IMG/VR virus record: IMGVR_UViG_3300031998_000029
Span: 1-15,665 of that record
DNA: 15,665 nt
From: a virus
Lineage: Duplodnaviria; Heunggongvirae; Uroviricota; Caudoviricetes
Direction: 5' to 3' (one strand)
Position 1 is the first letter of the stretch; the number at the start of each line of letters is the position of its first letter. The notes under the pieces are model-generated. The model saw nothing but the letters and a program-made list of their open reading frames with translations, ran no database searches and was not told the DNA's origin. Positions 1 through 6,649 of this stretch are shown here, piece after piece. A program made the translations under genes and the position numbers.

Positions 1-4
1 AGTG

Positions 5-104
5 TCGGTCGCTCGGTCGGTCGGTCGCTCGGTCGGTCGGTCGCTCGGTCGGTCGGTCGCTCGGTCGGTCGGTCGCTCGGTCGGTCGGTCGCTCGGTCGG
101 TCGG
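5..104. repeat. Perfect tandem repeat, 16-nt unit TCGCTCGGTCGGTCGG x6 (9-104) plus a leading TCGG
   Basis: Read directly: 4-mers TCGG/TCGC arranged as one TCGC followed by three TCGG, with no spacers. Confidence 0.95.
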
Positions 105-126
105 TATGTTGTCCTTTATTGGATAG

Positions 127-165
127 CTTATACCGAAACAACAGAATGGTGTGTTTCGGTATGGG
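127..165. promoter_or_regulatory. Inverted repeat / 5'-leader hairpin upstream of the first gene
   Basis: ATACCGAAACA (130-140) pairs with TGTTTCGGTAT (152-162), an 11-bp perfect stem extendable by G-U pairs. Function is unknown. Confidence 0.5.
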
Positions 166-196
166 TTACCCCAACAAAATAAAGGAGGACATAATC

Positions 197-1033
197 ATGG
201 CAAAGACCAAGAAAGCAACCGCAGTAGCAGAGGCAGAGGAGACCGTCGCAGTCGTTACGACGAAGCTCGAAAAGCTCAGAAAAGACATGCGCGACACGGC
301 AACTGCATACGCCGCCGCATACAATCGTCGCGAGTCGAAAAGAAACCTCAAGCCCCTCCGTGAAGCAGCCAACGCCGCACTTCAGGAGTACAACCTGGAG
401 CTCGCAGCAGAGACATTCCGCAGGTGGGACAAAGAGGGCGAGCCGGTGAAAACCGCAATCCGCGAGAGGTATGTGCCTCATGCGCAGAAGTGCAGCTTCA
501 AGACCAACGACGACGATGTAATGACGGTCGTCTTCAGTGACACCGATTACAAGGTCAATCTCCCCATGCTCTGCAAAATCGTCGGGATCGAAAAGTTCGC
601 AAGTCCGAACTGGTTCGAAAAGGTGGAACGCCTTGCATGGCTTCTCGCAGGAAGTCTCAACAAGGAACTCGGAGACAATCCGATGTTCGACTATGAGATA
701 TCAGAGGCCACCAAAGCATTCAACTTCCCCGAAGAGATCAACCCGCATTCCGATGAGGGGACTCTCGCAGCACTCCAGCAGGTGTTCGACTCCATCCTGT
801 TTATCCCCGATGAAAAGGGCGATAACATCATTCAGGTCAAGAGTAAGACCCTTGATAACAACCACGTATCCGCAAAAGAGTGGGCGTCCATCAAGAACTC
901 TATGACTTACAAGGGCAAGCGCCCGGGTGAAGTCGTAATCGGCAACACCGGCTTGATGACTGAGCTTGTGGCAGACGCCATGCACGTCATATCCACGCTC
1001 GGCGACTTCAAGCTGTGCACTGCTGACAAGTAA
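197..1033 (+). CDS. Hypothetical phage protein, 278 aa (MAKTKKATAVAEAEE...), probably highly expressed
   Basis: SD AAAGGAGG at 181-188 precedes ATG 197. Codon use is strongly biased to AAG/AAC/ATC/TTC. The upstream extension in the ORF track is just translation of the tandem repeat. Confidence 0.85.
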   Translation: MAKTKKATAVAEAEETVAVVTTKLEKLRKDMRDTATAYAAAYNRRESKRNLKPLREAANAALQEYNLELAAETFRRWDKEGEPVKTAIRERYVPHAQKCSFKTNDDDVMTVVFSDTDYKVNLPMLCKIVGIEKFASPNWFEKVERLAWLLAGSLNKELGDNPMFDYEISEATKAFNFPEEINPHSDEGTLAALQQVFDSILFIPDEKGDNIIQVKSKTLDNNHVSAKEWASIKNSMTYKGKRPGEVVIGNTGLMTELVADAMHVISTLGDFKLCTADK

Positions 1034-1049
1034 TCCATAGCACGCGCAA

Positions 1050-1071
1050 AAGCCGGGAGCAATCCCGGCTT
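1050..1071 (+). other. GC-rich hairpin immediately 5' of twister ribozyme 1
   Basis: AAGCCGGGA-GCAA-TCCCGGCTT, a 9-bp stem with no U-tract. Confidence 0.75.
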
Positions 1072-1123
1072 CCTTAATGCAGCCAATGACGGTCACAAGC
1101 CCGTATAAATGCAGAGTGAGGAA
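1070..1123 (+). ncRNA. Twister ribozyme (type P1), copy 1; predicted cleavage U1075|A1076
   Basis: P1 TTCCT/AGGAA; UAA; P2 TGCA/TGCA; P4 ACGG/CCGT; loop TCACAAGC; pseudoknots CAC/GTG and GC/GC; conserved GA after P2. This matches the known twister core (UAA-P2-GC...CGG-U-NNN-AAGC-CCG...P2'-GA-NNN-P1'). Confidence 0.9.
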
Positions 1124-1325
1124 CGCACTTATAAGCGCATGTTATAAGAGTACATTTGCTATCAAATGCGTCGCCGGCAGCATGAGGAATTAAGCCCATG
1201 GTTCGGATAGTGAAAACCGCCGGAGTTAAACCGAGTTAGATGTGAAACAAGGTCGCATATGGTTTAAATGCGTCAACAAAACTAACCGAAAATAGAGATT
1301 ATTAGGTTTTATAAACCTATAAATC

Positions 1326-1369
1326 AAGCAGTCAACCGCCGGGCTTTCTGGTCTGTTGACTGCTTTCTT
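1326..1369 (+). terminator. Intrinsic terminator-like hairpin, possibly bidirectional
   Basis: AAGCAGTCAAC (1326-1336) / GTTGACTGCTT (1355-1365), followed by TCTT. Confidence 0.6.
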
Positions 1370-1481
1370 ATAGGCTTATAGGGTTTTTCATATCCAATCC
1401 TACAACCAACAACACCTCCGGGTTTTTGAAATATCAGGCTTCATGTGCTACCTCCTTCTTAAGCCGGGTTTTTTCCCGGCG

Positions 1482-1531
1482 TCCTAATGCAGCCGTTGGC
1501 GGTCACAAGCCCGCATAAATGCAGAGTGGGA
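1482..1531 (+). ncRNA. Twister ribozyme (type P1), copy 2; predicted cleavage U1485|A1486
   Basis: Same core as copy 1, with a compensatory change in P4 (GCGG/CCGC vs ACGG/CCGT). P1 is short (TCC/GGA). Preceded by hairpin GCCGGG-TTTTTT-CCCGGC (1463-1480). Confidence 0.88.
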
Positions 1532-1571
1532 ATTTAAGACAACTATCGACGATTTATTAAGAGGGTTTTTC

Positions 1572-1757
1572 ATGTCATACGAAAGCTTTAAATGCTGGGT
1601 TTTTTCCCTAGCAAGCAACAGCGGTTCGTTTGTTGTGGTTTCTAAGGATGACTCAACGCATACATATTGCGCGGATTTTCCAGACGGAACCAGACTTACG
1701 GTAAACCCTGACAGCGGGAAAACAAGGTTGGATTTTGGGAAAAAGGTGATTTGTTGA
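1572..1757 (+). CDS. Small hypothetical protein, 61 aa; paralog of 3265-3468
   Basis: SD-like AAGAGGG precedes the ATG. Shares FK...Y.A.FPDGTR with 3265-3468. Confidence 0.7.
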   Translation: MSYESFKCWVFSLASNSGSFVVVSKDDSTHTYCADFPDGTRLTVNPDSGKTRLDFGKKVIC

Positions 1758-1777
1758 GAAACATTTTAGGGTTTTCA

Positions 1778-1806
1778 TTGAATTATATCGCCCAGCTTGA
1801 TATAAT
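1778..1806 (+). promoter_or_regulatory. sigma70/sigmaA-type promoter with extended -10
   Basis: TTGAAT (1778-1783), 17-nt spacer, TG at 1798-1799, TATAAT (1801-1806). Confidence 0.75.
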
Positions 1807-1835
1807 TTATCACAGAAGGGCGGTGTGCGGGAAAT

Positions 1836-2525
1836 ATGGAATTTGAAAAAATCCGCATGGTTTTTTCAAAAGGGAATATCATAACGACTCCGAAAGGGTT
1901 GTCGGCGGTATATACAAGCCGGGAATCCTGGGTTGTGCAGAATATAACGGAAAACGCCTTTGAAGTTCTAAAGGAAATGATAAGGGTTTCCGACGGGTTT
2001 ACATTCGATACATCCGGGAATTTGATTTGCTTTACATTTCACGGGTATTTTGCAACAGAAAACATGGTTTTATATCCTGCGGTGGAAAATCAGATGTCCA
2101 TCGAGGAAATGAAAAATATGGTTTCGGCTTTTTCAAACCCCGACAAAGAGAGGGAATTTGCCGATTTTTTCATAGGCGTGGATATTAACGATCCGGACGC
2201 TTCTCTGTCGAGGCTTTTGGAATGGTATAACGAGAAAATAAAAGTAAATACGCTCGATTTTTCGGCTTTTAAACGCTGGAAAGATATGATTCGGTTTTTC
2301 AGGGTTCTCAAATCTCAGGGTTTTTTTGCAGACGCGGAAATTTCAGAGCCGGAAGACGGGTTTAACGGGTGTATTTCGATTCATATAACCCCGGAAATTC
2401 AGGATAACAGGGTTTTTCGCGGGAAATCAAAAGACGACTTGTTAAATCTTATTAATGCGTCCGGGGCTTTTGATTTTGAATGTTTGGTTTCCGAGGGTTT
2501 TTTAAATCTTGATTTTTACTCATAA
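1836..2525 (+). CDS. Hypothetical protein, 229 aa
   Basis: Long ORF downstream of the promoter and ending before a terminator. No family recognised. Confidence 0.75.
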   Translation: MEFEKIRMVFSKGNIITTPKGLSAVYTSRESWVVQNITENAFEVLKEMIRVSDGFTFDTSGNLICFTFHGYFATENMVLYPAVENQMSIEEMKNMVSAFSNPDKEREFADFFIGVDINDPDASLSRLLEWYNEKIKVNTLDFSAFKRWKDMIRFFRVLKSQGFFADAEISEPEDGFNGCISIHITPEIQDNRVFRGKSKDDLLNLINASGAFDFECLVSEGFLNLDFYS

Positions 2526-2544
2526 GTACATATAAATCAAAACG

Positions 2545-2575
2545 GCAACCGGCGGATTTTCGCTGGTTGCTTTTT
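2545..2575 (+). terminator. Intrinsic terminator
   Basis: GCAACCGGCG-GATTTT-CGCTGGTTGC followed by TTTTT. Confidence 0.75.
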
Positions 2576-2644
2576 AATTTGAATTACCTTCATTCTTCAT
2601 ATTGGTTTCCTCCTTTCGATTGCCCGGGGTTTCCCGGGCTTTAT

Positions 2645-2697
2645 GCCACCATGTGTATGCCTCCTCGTGGCGGTGGCGGGTAATGCAAAATACACAT
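2645..2697 (+). ncRNA. Minimal HDV-like ribozyme lacking P4 (theta/minimal-type fold); predicted cleavage 5' of G2645
   Basis: P1 GCCACC/GGTGGC (2645-2650/2672-2677); P2 ATGTGTAT/ATACACAT (2651-2658/2690-2697); P3 GCC/GGC; L3 TCCTCGT; P1.1 CC/GG (2663-2664/2678-2679); candidate catalytic C2686 in G-C-AAA. This is the nested double pseudoknot of HDV ribozymes. Preceded by hairpin GCCCGGG-GTTT-CCCGGGC. Confidence 0.87.
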
Positions 2698-2716
2698 TAT
2701 ATTTAGGAGGGATTTT

Positions 2717-2950
2717 ATGGAAAATCCGAGAGGCGATAAGCTCGCAATCGTAATAGGCAGGAATCGCAGGGTTTATACGCGGTTTCTCAAAAAGGAAAGT
2801 TCTATCCGAGACTTTGCAAATCGATATGCGGATAGAGAGAGGGAAAAGTCCCGCGCCGAGGGATTCGAGCCGGTGGGTATGGAATTAGAAAAACCTAACG
2901 AAACCACCTTTATATTCACGATCAAATACTCGGAGGGAATTTTAAAATGA
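2717..2950 (+). CDS. Hypothetical protein, 77 aa
   Basis: SD AGGAGG directly downstream of the ribozyme. Confidence 0.75.
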   Translation: MENPRGDKLAIVIGRNRRVYTRFLKKESSIRDFANRYADREREKSRAEGFEPVGMELEKPNETTFIFTIKYSEGILK

Positions 2951-3186
2951 CGTATTATGAAGTTTCGCGTCGTATCGCCGACGCGATTAACTGGAATCAG
3001 GTGGATCCCGAGACTATCCTTAAGTTTCGGAGGGGCTTTTTAGACCCTTATGAAGTGGTATTAAAGCACCCCGATTGCGCGTCATCATATTATCAAAGGC
3101 TTTCCGAAAAGGTAAAAGAAGGCGTCAGGGTAGACGCGGAAAATGACGCGAGAATTGCTAAACAAATGAAAGCACGGGGTTTATAA
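2947..3186 (+). CDS. Hypothetical protein, 79 aa
   Basis: SD GGAGGG and an ATGA overlap with the previous stop codon. Confidence 0.75.
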   Translation: MTYYEVSRRIADAINWNQVDPETILKFRRGFLDPYEVVLKHPDCASSYYQRLSEKVKEGVRVDAENDARIAKQMKARGL

Positions 3187-3211
3187 CCCGGGAAAGCATT
3201 ACTGTAATCAC

Positions 3212-3243
3212 ACACCGGCAGGGTTTTTGCCGGTGTATTTTTT
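3212..3243 (+). terminator. Intrinsic terminator
   Basis: ACACCGGCA-GGGTTTT-TGCCGGTGT, then A and T6. Confidence 0.7.
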
Positions 3244-3264
3244 ATGCATTCGGGAGGGATTTGC

Positions 3265-3468
3265 ATGTTATTTAATGAGTTCAAAAGGAAAATCGCCGGC
3301 TATGTAAAAGCCGCCGGCGGAAACACCCCCGTGTCGTTCATCAACGACACAATAAAAGGGAAATACATTGCGGTTTTTCCCGACGGCACGCGCATTTCCG
3401 GACATCCTTCGGGTCTGAAAATGACGGTGACGTTTGGCGATCACCATCAGATGATGGTGAACGCATAA
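3265..3468 (+). CDS. Hypothetical protein, 67 aa; paralog of 1572-1757
   Basis: SD GGGAGGG precedes ATG 3265. Shares the FPDGTR motif. Confidence 0.75.
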   Translation: MLFNEFKRKIAGYVKAAGGNTPVSFINDTIKGKYIAVFPDGTRISGHPSGLKMTVTFGDHHQMMVNA

Positions 3469-3477
3469 GGAGGGAAT

Positions 3478-3672
3478 ATGAACAGCAGGCTTTTACTCAT
3501 ACCTACCAAAGACCGGAAGCGCGAGTGTTGTTACTGTGGCACTGATAACGTGAAGTATCTTATACGGTTTTTCGATCCCGACACAAAAGAGGATATAACC
3601 ATGCGGCAAGAGCGAAAAGTCGCGTGCTGCACTAGATGTGCAGCGCTTTTCATGAACTTCCGCACGATATAG
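3478..3672 (+). CDS. Putative zinc-ribbon protein, 64 aa (CCxC...CCxxC); paralog of 4039-4233
   Basis: SD AAGGAGGG. Two Cys clusters. Near-colinear with 4039-4233 (IRFFDPDTK, RKVACC.RCAALFM). Confidence 0.8.
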   Translation: MNSRLLLIPTKDRKRECCYCGTDNVKYLIRFFDPDTKEDITMRQERKVACCTRCAALFMNFRTI

Positions 3673-3697
3673 TCCATAAATATATGGAGGAGGGAAT

Positions 3698-4003
3698 ATG
3701 AACAGCAGCATAAGAAATGGTCGCACACTTTTTATTCCCCACCCGTGGGAAATCGAATCGCAGATATTCCTCATGATAGACTGGGAAAAGGTCGATTATG
3801 ACTATATCCGCGCATACAACCGCGGGAATATCACGGCTCCCGAAGTGGCGGTCAGGTTTCCTGAGTCAGTCCCGGATTATTACTTTCAGCTCGCCACGGA
3901 AATGACGAAAAAGCTGAGAACCAGATCGTGGTGGGACGTTTACGAGTTCATCAATAAGGACAGCACGTTTCGCAGGGATTACGCGAAACGCTGCGAGTTA
4001 TAA
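3698..4003 (+). CDS. Hypothetical protein, 101 aa
   Basis: SD GGAGGAGGG; fits the operon spacing. Confidence 0.75.
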   Translation: MNSSIRNGRTLFIPHPWEIESQIFLMIDWEKVDYDYIRAYNRGNITAPEVAVRFPESVPDYYFQLATEMTKKLRTRSWWDVYEFINKDSTFRRDYAKRCEL

Positions 4004-4038
4004 AATAAGGGTTTTACCCATAAAAACGGAGAGATCTT

Positions 4039-4233
4039 ATGGCAAATAATCTTCTTATTATTCCCACGGAAAATCGGAATAAGTATACATGCTGCTTTTG
4101 CGGCACACAGAAAGTCAAGTATTTCATCCGGTTTTTCGATCCCGACACCAAGCAGGAAACGACTATGCAGATGGATAGGAAAGTTGCTTGCTGTAACAGA
4201 TGTGCAGCACTTTTTATGGGAGGCAATTCATGA
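4039..4233 (+). CDS. Putative zinc-ribbon protein, 64 aa; paralog of 3478-3672
   Basis: SD GGAG. Cys clusters are conserved between the paralogs. Confidence 0.8.
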   Translation: MANNLLIIPTENRNKYTCCFCGTQKVKYFIRFFDPDTKQETTMQMDRKVACCNRCAALFMGGNS

Positions 4234-4361
4234 AATACTACCTCAATCGTGACACCGGGGAAATGACATGGAATCACGCGGAAGCGGTCGAATGGTATCG
4301 CTCCGGCGTGGAAGTGGAAATCTGGAAAGACGAGAAGATGGTTCTCGCATGGGTTTTCTGA
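4230..4361 (+). CDS. Small hypothetical protein, 43 aa (MKYYLNRDTGEMTWNHAEAVEWYRSGVEVEIWKDEKMVLAWVF); not in ORF track
   Basis: SD GGGAGG and an ATGA overlap with the previous stop. Fills the gap between 4233 and 4372. Confidence 0.7.
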   Translation: MKYYLNRDTGEMTWNHAEAVEWYRSGVEVEIWKDEKMVLAWVF

Positions 4362-4371
4362 GGAGAGCAGC

Positions 4372-4554
4372 ATGCAGGTTTATCTTGTTTTCGACATTAT
4401 CCCGACGCCGCACGAGGTTGTCGGGGTTTTTTCTACCGAACAAAAGGCAAGAGAATGGCTTGACAGGGCACACGACGATTTCGGGTGGACTTTAGGCGAA
4501 GTTGCAGGTGCGATAATCGAGCCGTGGACTGTCGACGCGGATATATATCAATAA
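4372..4554 (+). CDS. Hypothetical protein, 60 aa
   Basis: SD AGGAG at 4361; follows the preceding small ORF. Confidence 0.7.
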   Translation: MQVYLVFDIIPTPHEVVGVFSTEQKAREWLDRAHDDFGWTLGEVAGAIIEPWTVDADIYQ

Positions 4555-4579
4555 AACTATACTTTCATAGGAGGGCATT

Positions 4580-4726
4580 ATGAATCAGCTTGTATATTTA
4601 CTCATCGCTGTTTGTGGGATTTGTCTTTTCCTTCCCGTGACGGCGGGGATTTTCGAGATTACATATCGGATATCCCCGGTTTTCCGCCGCATGGTCGACG
4701 GGTTTATCAATCATGTTCGGCAGTAA
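4580..4726 (+). CDS. Small predicted membrane protein, 48 aa (MNQLVYLLIAVCGICLFLPVTAGIF...); not in ORF track
   Basis: SD AGGAGGG; hydrophobic N-terminal half. Fits better than the overlapping track ORF 4612-4836. Confidence 0.65.
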   Translation: MNQLVYLLIAVCGICLFLPVTAGIFEITYRISPVFRRMVDGFINHVRQ

Positions 4727-4738
4727 AACGAGGTGGAC

Positions 4739-5023
4739 ATGTCACGAATAGATATATCCGCAAACAGGAATTGCTATGCTTTGGCATGGAGCTATGGCGA
4801 AATATGTGTAGGCTGCGGATGTTGCTCTACCAATAAAAAGAAACGAATAAAGGCAAGAATCAAATATCATGAAGACTTACTCCGGGATTGCCGAAACTTC
4901 AATTTCTGGGACGATAATCCTGAATGGAGAGCAGCACAAGAAAGAAAGATAGCTGAGGATATCAATCATCATGAGAAATGCCTGAGAAAACTACGAGAAG
5001 AATTAAGGCAACTGGAAAAATAA
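4739..5023 (+). CDS. Hypothetical Cys-cluster protein, 94 aa (CVGCGCC) with C-terminal coiled coil
   Basis: SD GAGGTG precedes ATG 4739. Confidence 0.72.
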   Translation: MSRIDISANRNCYALAWSYGEICVGCGCCSTNKKKRIKARIKYHEDLLRDCRNFNFWDDNPEWRAAQERKIAEDINHHEKCLRKLREELRQLEK

Positions 5024-5035
5024 AGGAGAAGTGAT

Positions 5036-5314
5036 ATGTGGTATGCCGATCTTCCGATTGATAAATGCGAACATTCATTCGTGTGCGTGCTCTACACAGA
5101 TAAATTTGATAATATCGGAATCGAGTATAAATTAGGCACAAATCAAATAAATCCAAAGGGATGTGATACGTTACAGGAAATAGTAGAACTGGTCAAACGG
5201 GAATTGCAGAAGTTTCACCCGGACTGGTATATATGTACCAACGTATGCTATCCTCCGAAAGATTATGGCGGTATGTCATTTTTGATCATTCGCCGCCGAT
5301 ATTATGGTGAGTGA
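5036..5314 (+). CDS. Hypothetical protein, 92 aa
   Basis: SD AAAGGAG. Confidence 0.7.
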   Translation: MWYADLPIDKCEHSFVCVLYTDKFDNIGIEYKLGTNQINPKGCDTLQEIVELVKRELQKFHPDWYICTNVCYPPKDYGGMSFLIIRRRYYGE

Positions 5315-5338
5315 CACAGGAAGAAAGGTAGGTGTGGT

Positions 5339-5674
5339 ATGTCACAAACTTTGATAATCGAAAACAACATTAAACATATATGTTGTGATGTTGCTTTTGA
5401 CGACGGAGAGTTTTCAATAATATTTCCTTGCACTATAGATGAATCTTTCCTTAAAGGAGAGTATGAGAAAACAGTGTTAGGAACGATATACGGCTGTATA
5501 TATTTCTACACATTCAAACAGGTACAGACATTACGAGATCTCATGCATTGCGTAGGTATTGAGTATGGGGTAGGTAAGACGTTTTTCGACGGCGCATTCT
5601 TTAACGAACATGAAATTGACGCGCCATATCCTGTTCTTGACAGCCGTACGCATATTTTGACGACCGTGCGGTGA
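5339..5674 (+). CDS. Hypothetical protein, 111 aa
   Basis: SD AGGTAGGTG; operon context. Confidence 0.7.
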   Translation: MSQTLIIENNIKHICCDVAFDDGEFSIIFPCTIDESFLKGEYEKTVLGTIYGCIYFYTFKQVQTLRDLMHCVGIEYGVGKTFFDGAFFNEHEIDAPYPVLDSRTHILTTVR

Positions 5675-5693
5675 GCGGAAAGGAATCGATGAT

Positions 5694-5918
5694 ATGGAAA
5701 ATGAACGTAGCCTTTATGACGATATATGCTCTGAACTTACCAACTATGAAACCGGTGAGGGTCAGGAAATGACGGACGAGGAACGGATAGATGTTTTTTA
5801 CAATTTACTGTGCCGTGTCCAGAACGCGATAGATTTCGGGGATTTAACTTTCGATTGGGAAAGACATCCACTTTTACACAAAGGAGTGTCATATGACGGA
5901 AACACGATACGCAAATGA
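5694..5918 (+). CDS. Hypothetical acidic protein, 74 aa
   Basis: SD AAAGGA; operon context. Confidence 0.65.
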   Translation: MENERSLYDDICSELTNYETGEGQEMTDEERIDVFYNLLCRVQNAIDFGDLTFDWERHPLLHKGVSYDGNTIRK

Positions 5919-6075
5919 TCCGAACAACTCCGGGTTTTACAAAGTGAAATTCATGGTAAATGAAACCGGGGTTTTACTTACTCGGGGATTTGACTCCCCA
6001 TATTTCGCAGAGAAATTCGTAAACAAGTTAAAGCACAGTAAAAAGTGTACACTGGTTTCATATCCGATATTTTAG
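5893..6075 (+). CDS. Hypothetical protein, 60 aa
   Basis: SD AAAGGAG at 5880-5886; overlaps the preceding ORF by 26 nt. Confidence 0.7.
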   Translation: MTETRYANDPNNSGFYKVKFMVNETGVLLTRGFDSPYFAEKFVNKLKHSKKCTLVSYPIF

Positions 6076-6085
6076 GAGGCTTGCA

Positions 6086-6508
6086 ATGTTTTCAAAACAG
6101 TTTATAGATGAGGCGAAAGCTTTATATCCCACATGGCATGCTCTTCATGAAGCAATAGCAAATGGTTCTGGAATCATAGGCAGGTATCTTGATGATAGCA
6201 CGCCGACGGCGATTGATTATCGCGAAGTTCTCGCCGCAGCTTCCCTTGAGGAACTCAAAAGAAAAGCCATAATAATCAAACGGAAGAACGATTTATATAA
6301 TGCGTATAGATCCGGTTCTTGCTACCAGACAGAAAGCGATAAGCGTAAAGGTGTAGGTTGTCCGCGTCTATACGCACAAATGACGGACGACGAAGCCGCG
6401 CTCGATGCTTTCCATTGTTATGGAGTTTATCATATTCCCGACTGCAAAAGGTTTGATACCGGTGAATGCTGGGAACTCTTTGATGCTCTCGGCTTAAAGA
6501 TGAAATAG
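6086..6508 (+). CDS. Hypothetical protein, 140 aa
   Basis: SD AGGAGG; Cys/His-containing C-terminal part. Confidence 0.75.
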   Translation: MFSKQFIDEAKALYPTWHALHEAIANGSGIIGRYLDDSTPTAIDYREVLAAASLEELKRKAIIIKRKNDLYNAYRSGSCYQTESDKRKGVGCPRLYAQMTDDEAALDAFHCYGVYHIPDCKRFDTGECWELFDALGLKMK

Positions 6509-6521
6509 GCAGCGAACATTC

Positions 6522-6642
6522 GCCCCGATAGCTCAATTGGTTAGAGCACGTAAAATAAGGTTTGTTTATGAAAATCTTTGACAGCAAAAAGATAATTGCT
6601 CTTGTAAAGCCGAGGTTGCAGGTTCGAGTCCTGCTCGGGGCA
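6522..6642 (+). tRNA. tRNA-Thr(TGT) interrupted by a 47-nt insertion in the anticodon stem (intron-like element or pseudo-tRNA); no encoded CCA
   Basis: Acceptor GCCCCGA/TCGGGGC; D arm GCTC/GAGC; T arm GCAGG-TTCGAGT-CCTGC. Removing 6551-6597 restores a perfect anticodon stem CGGCT/AGCCG with loop CT-TGT-AA. Confidence 0.75.
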
Positions 6643-6649
6643 TTTTTAT

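Noticed and set aside
5-104. CRISPR array, or product of the RT (telomerase-like repeat)
   Set aside because: There are no spacers and no cas genes. I found no matching template for TCGCTCGG in the RT-associated ncRNA.
2-196. N-terminal extension of ORF 2..1033 (SVGRSVGR repeats)
   Set aside because: It is translation of the tandem repeat with no real start. The strong SD points to ATG 197.
1174-1250. Possible hammerhead ribozyme (CATGAG...GAAA)
   Set aside because: The CUGANGA core is absent and the three-stem junction cannot be built.
4268-4836. Track ORFs 4268..4495 and 4612..4836
   Set aside because: Other frames (4230-4361, 4372-4554, 4580-4726, 4739-5023) have proper SDs and tile the region without overlap.
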